This document shows, piece after piece, positions 27,693-29,973 of a stretch of DNA of 29,973 bases. The DNA lies in assembly GCA_048882325.1 (NCBI GenBank), contig JBHLRS010000038.1:1-29973 (forward strand), written 5' to 3'. The translations under genes and the position numbers were made by a program. This DNA comes from Candidatus Thorarchaeota archaeon. Lineage in GTDB: Archaea; Asgardarchaeota; Thorarchaeia; Thorarchaeales; Thorarchaeaceae. The first letter of the stretch is position 1, and each line of letters begins with the position of its first letter. Below the pieces are notes generated by a model, which did not search any database, was not told the DNA's origin, and saw nothing but the letters and a program-made list of their open reading frames with translations.

Positions 27693-28478
27693 TCAATACA
27701 AAATAGTTGAACCAGTTTTGGTTGAAGCCTGTTTTCTTCCAATCGGACAGACCTCCATGCATCTTGCACACTCGATATAGCTGTTCTCTGTCGGTCGCGG
27801 GACTAGTTTCTTCTCCATCTCACGTACATGGGGAGAAACATCCGATGAACCTGGGGACTCAGCTGAGTAAGTCATACACTTCTCGATTGTGATTGTGTAC
27901 GGTGCAAGTGCCTTTGTTGGACACGCTGTCACACATAGATTGCAGTCTCCGCAAAGATCCTCCTCAAAGGGTGTGTCTGGCTCTAGTTCTGCGTTTGTGA
28001 GTATCGAGATCAGGCTCACTCTAGGTCCATGTCTTGGTGTGACCAATAATGTGCTCTTTCCCTGACCACCCAGACCACACTTGATGGCAGCAGTCTTCAT
28101 TGGGATTCTCAAGGAGTATCTGGCCTCATATCCTTCTCTATGGAGATAGTCAACAATCTCCCAAGCTTTGTTCTTCATAATCTCGTATGGGAGGTAATAA
28201 CTCTCAAACTCCTCGTCGGGAGAGTGAAGTCCGTAACCACGCCACTCTGGTGAGTCCACTGTGAGACTGAACATTTTGTCCCATGTATGAAACACCAAGA
28301 GTATGACCGATTTCACATCATGTAGCTCCTGTATTGGTGATAGCAGGGTTGTGACCTTACCAACCGGTCCATAAGGAAGATCTTCAAGCAGCTCAGGGGT
28401 TGATATGCCAACTGATGCAAAACCAACTTTCAAGGCTCGTTGTTTCAGATTTTCTGTCAGAGAAATCATTCTCATCAT
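27693..28478 (-). CDS. Epoxyqueuosine reductase (QueG)/reductive dehalogenase-like cobalamin 2x[4Fe-4S] protein
   Basis: KTAAIKCGLGGQGKSTLLVTPRHGPRV, CGDCNLCVTACP, KC, CARCMEVCP. Confidence 0.85.
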   Translation of the reverse strand: MMRMISLTENLKQRALKVGFASVGISTPELLEDLPYGPVGKVTTLLSPIQELHDVKSVILLVFHTWDKMFSLTVDSPEWRGYGLHSPDEEFESYYLPYEIMKNKAWEIVDYLHREGYEARYSLRIPMKTAAIKCGLGGQGKSTLLVTPRHGPRVSLISILTNAELEPDTPFEEDLCGDCNLCVTACPTKALAPYTITIEKCMTYSAESPGSSDVSPHVREMEKKLVPRPTENSYIECARCMEVCPIGRKQASTKTGSTILY

Positions 28479-28634
28479 CACACCTTTTTTCAGTGAACTG
28501 AAGATGGAACAGAAATTCATTTGGCTCTATAACCGTCATATGATGGTAGGTCCTAATACTCTACATCAATGATTGACGAAAAGGTATGCAAGTTTAAGAC
28601 CAAAAAGAAAAAAAACGAAACCAAAAAGTTGTGG

Positions 28635-29300
28635 ATGGATGATCGTGTGGCAACAATTCTGATGAAACTCTCTGAGGGTACTGCTTCACATCAATACGAC
28701 CGTTGGATAGGGATTCTAACTTTTTGGCAAAATAAAGCAATGAGGGATTATATTATCAAGGAACTTCTGCCAAGAGGAAGTAGAGTTCTTGATGTTGGCT
28801 GCGGAACAGGAGAGTTGTTAATCGAGGCTGGTCGGAGAGGTGTCAGGGGACTTGGCATAGATACCAATGAAGCAATGCTAGCGATTGCTCAGGAAAAGAG
28901 CAAGAAAAGGAACCTTGGTCGACGAGTAGAGTTTAAACTTGGAGATGCATTGAGTTTCAGTTTCGCAAAGAGTCCTTTTGATATAGTTGTCAGCACACTA
29001 ATGATTAGCGAGCTTCAAGAGGATGAGGTACAGAAGTTTGTGTATGCCACATTGAATCATGTAAAATCAGGTGGGACTGTCATCATTGGAGGCGAAGGTG
29101 AACCTCGTGGTATATTCTTCGCGCGCATAATCAATCTGATAAGACGGGTTAGCTACTGGATTGTTGGAAAGCTGACAGGATTAAGATATCACCCATATCA
29201 TAAGGTTGCAGCCGCAATGAGAAACGCAGGGCTGTTACTCAAGTACAAAGTCAGATTCATGGGTGGACTATTGGTGCTCTATGTAGCGGAGGCGAGCTGA
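28635..29300 (+). CDS. Class I SAM-dependent methyltransferase, CpaM-like (corrinoid protein-associated)
   Basis: ILMKLSE....YDRWIGILT N-terminus; VLDVGCGTG; FDIVVSTLMISEL. Start 28635 or GTG 28647. Confidence 0.85.
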   Translation: MDDRVATILMKLSEGTASHQYDRWIGILTFWQNKAMRDYIIKELLPRGSRVLDVGCGTGELLIEAGRRGVRGLGIDTNEAMLAIAQEKSKKRNLGRRVEFKLGDALSFSFAKSPFDIVVSTLMISELQEDEVQKFVYATLNHVKSGGTVIIGGEGEPRGIFFARIINLIRRVSYWIVGKLTGLRYHPYHKVAAAMRNAGLLLKYKVRFMGGLLVLYVAEAS

Positions 29301-29973
29301 TTGAAGAAAGGTCTGAAGTATTATCTATGCATTATTTTTAGTGAACTCATGTGGCCAGGCCTTGCGTTGAGGTGGGACCCAGGAATCTACTCCTTCAACG
29401 GAGCTGATTCTGAGGCGCCTGTTCTGGTCACCGTGAATTACTATCTCACTGTTCACCGTGTCATTCAGTCAATTGAACAACAGAAACTGAAGTGTCATCT
29501 CCTAGTTGCTGACTCCCATGGCATAAATGCATGGTGCGGTAGTCGTGGTGGTCATGTTGATACAGACTCAGTTCTAAATGCAATTGAGAGCTCTGGGCTT
29601 GAGAACAAGGTTTCTCATAGACGACTGATACTTCCTCAACTCGTTGCTAGTTCTGTTTCCAAATCAGTTCTGTCAAGCCATGGATGGAGAGCCGAGTTTG
29701 GACCTGTTGAGATAGATGATGTTGGTCAGTTCGTTGAGAGTGACTATAAAAAGACTCCAGAGCAGAGTCTTGTAACATTTGATTTGAAACATCGTCTTGA
29801 GGAGAACATCGGTCATCTGGTGTTCGAAACTGCGATTTTTCTGATAGTGACACCCATATTCTGGTTACTCGCCTTTTTGGGTGGCCCATTGTCATCATGG
29901 TTCTCCTACTGGCTATCAAATCTGGTCTTCATTATCGGTGGGACATATCTCGTTGGAACCTTCATGTCGCTGG
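29301..29973 (+). CDS. HgcA-like (CdhD/CFeSP-fold) corrinoid membrane protein, partial (runs off window)
   Basis: Hand translation from TTG 29301 is open to the window end: ...DPGIY...APVLVTVNYYLTV...LLVADSHGINAWCGSRGGH...SGLENKVSHRRLILPQL...GWRAEFGPVE...VTFDLKHRLE, then TM helices. Confidence 0.88.
   Translation, partial: MKKGLKYYLCIIFSELMWPGLALRWDPGIYSFNGADSEAPVLVTVNYYLTVHRVIQSIEQQKLKCHLLVADSHGINAWCGSRGGHVDTDSVLNAIESSGLENKVSHRRLILPQLVASSVSKSVLSSHGWRAEFGPVEIDDVGQFVESDYKKTPEQSLVTFDLKHRLEENIGHLVFETAIFLIVTPIFWLLAFLGGPLSSWFSYWLSNLVFIIGGTYLVGTFMSL

Noticed and set aside
27693-28478. Calling it queG or a respiratory reductive dehalogenase
   Set aside because: No Tat signal or co-oriented RdhB-like anchor, and queuosine is not expected in archaea; only the fold-level call is supported.
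28569-28634. Lys-rich N-terminus (KFKTKKKKNETKK) of the methyltransferase
   Set aside because: It arises from an A-rich, promoter-like spacer; the real start is more likely 28635 or 28647.
29647-29919. 90-aa minus-strand ORF offered by the track
   Set aside because: Antisense to the HgcA-like frame, which has clear family motifs.
29301-29973. Calling this a bona fide mercury methylase hgcA
   Set aside because: The cap-helix motif deviates from N(V/I)WCA(A/G)GK, and hgcB cannot be seen within the window.
1-29973. Selenocysteine/pyrrolysine read-through, tRNA, rRNA, CRISPR, IS elements
   Set aside because: No recognised gene appears truncated at an internal TGA/TAG, and I saw no cloverleaf, repeat-spacer array or transposase by eye; dedicated scans would be needed to exclude them.

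Overview
Gene-dense archaeal chromosome window with about 34 CDS and no tRNA, rRNA, CRISPR array or transposase that I can support. Archaeal markers include archaeal/eukaryote-type ProRS, NadM, RtcA, Nog1, proteasome beta, Taw1/TYW1, translin, CTP-dependent riboflavin kinase, Trm5, DUF371 and HhH-MutS. Gene content and style suggest an Asgard archaeon, possibly Thorarchaeia (inference only). The left 5 kb and right 9 kb look accessory; 5-21 kb is a housekeeping and RNA/protein-maintenance block. Main highlights: (1) an exported linalool dehydratase/isomerase (LinD) homolog with intact catalytic motifs, coupled to an ECF S-component-like membrane protein, divergent from an HTH_10 regulator, with an 18-bp palindrome repeated next to two promoters; (2) an HgcA-like corrinoid membrane protein at the right edge, missing from the ORF track, with a non-canonical cap-helix motif (GINAWCGSRGG), behind a CpaM-like methyltransferase and divergent from a QueG/RdhA-like Fe-S protein; (3) several enzymes with substituted active-site motifs (PRPP synthase, proteasome beta, COG1665 nucleotidyltransferase, M48-peptidase-like protein); (4) a Vps29-like phosphoesterase coupled to MutS; (5) a possibly structured leader ahead of proS. 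All family assignments come from motif recognition from memory, not from database searches.
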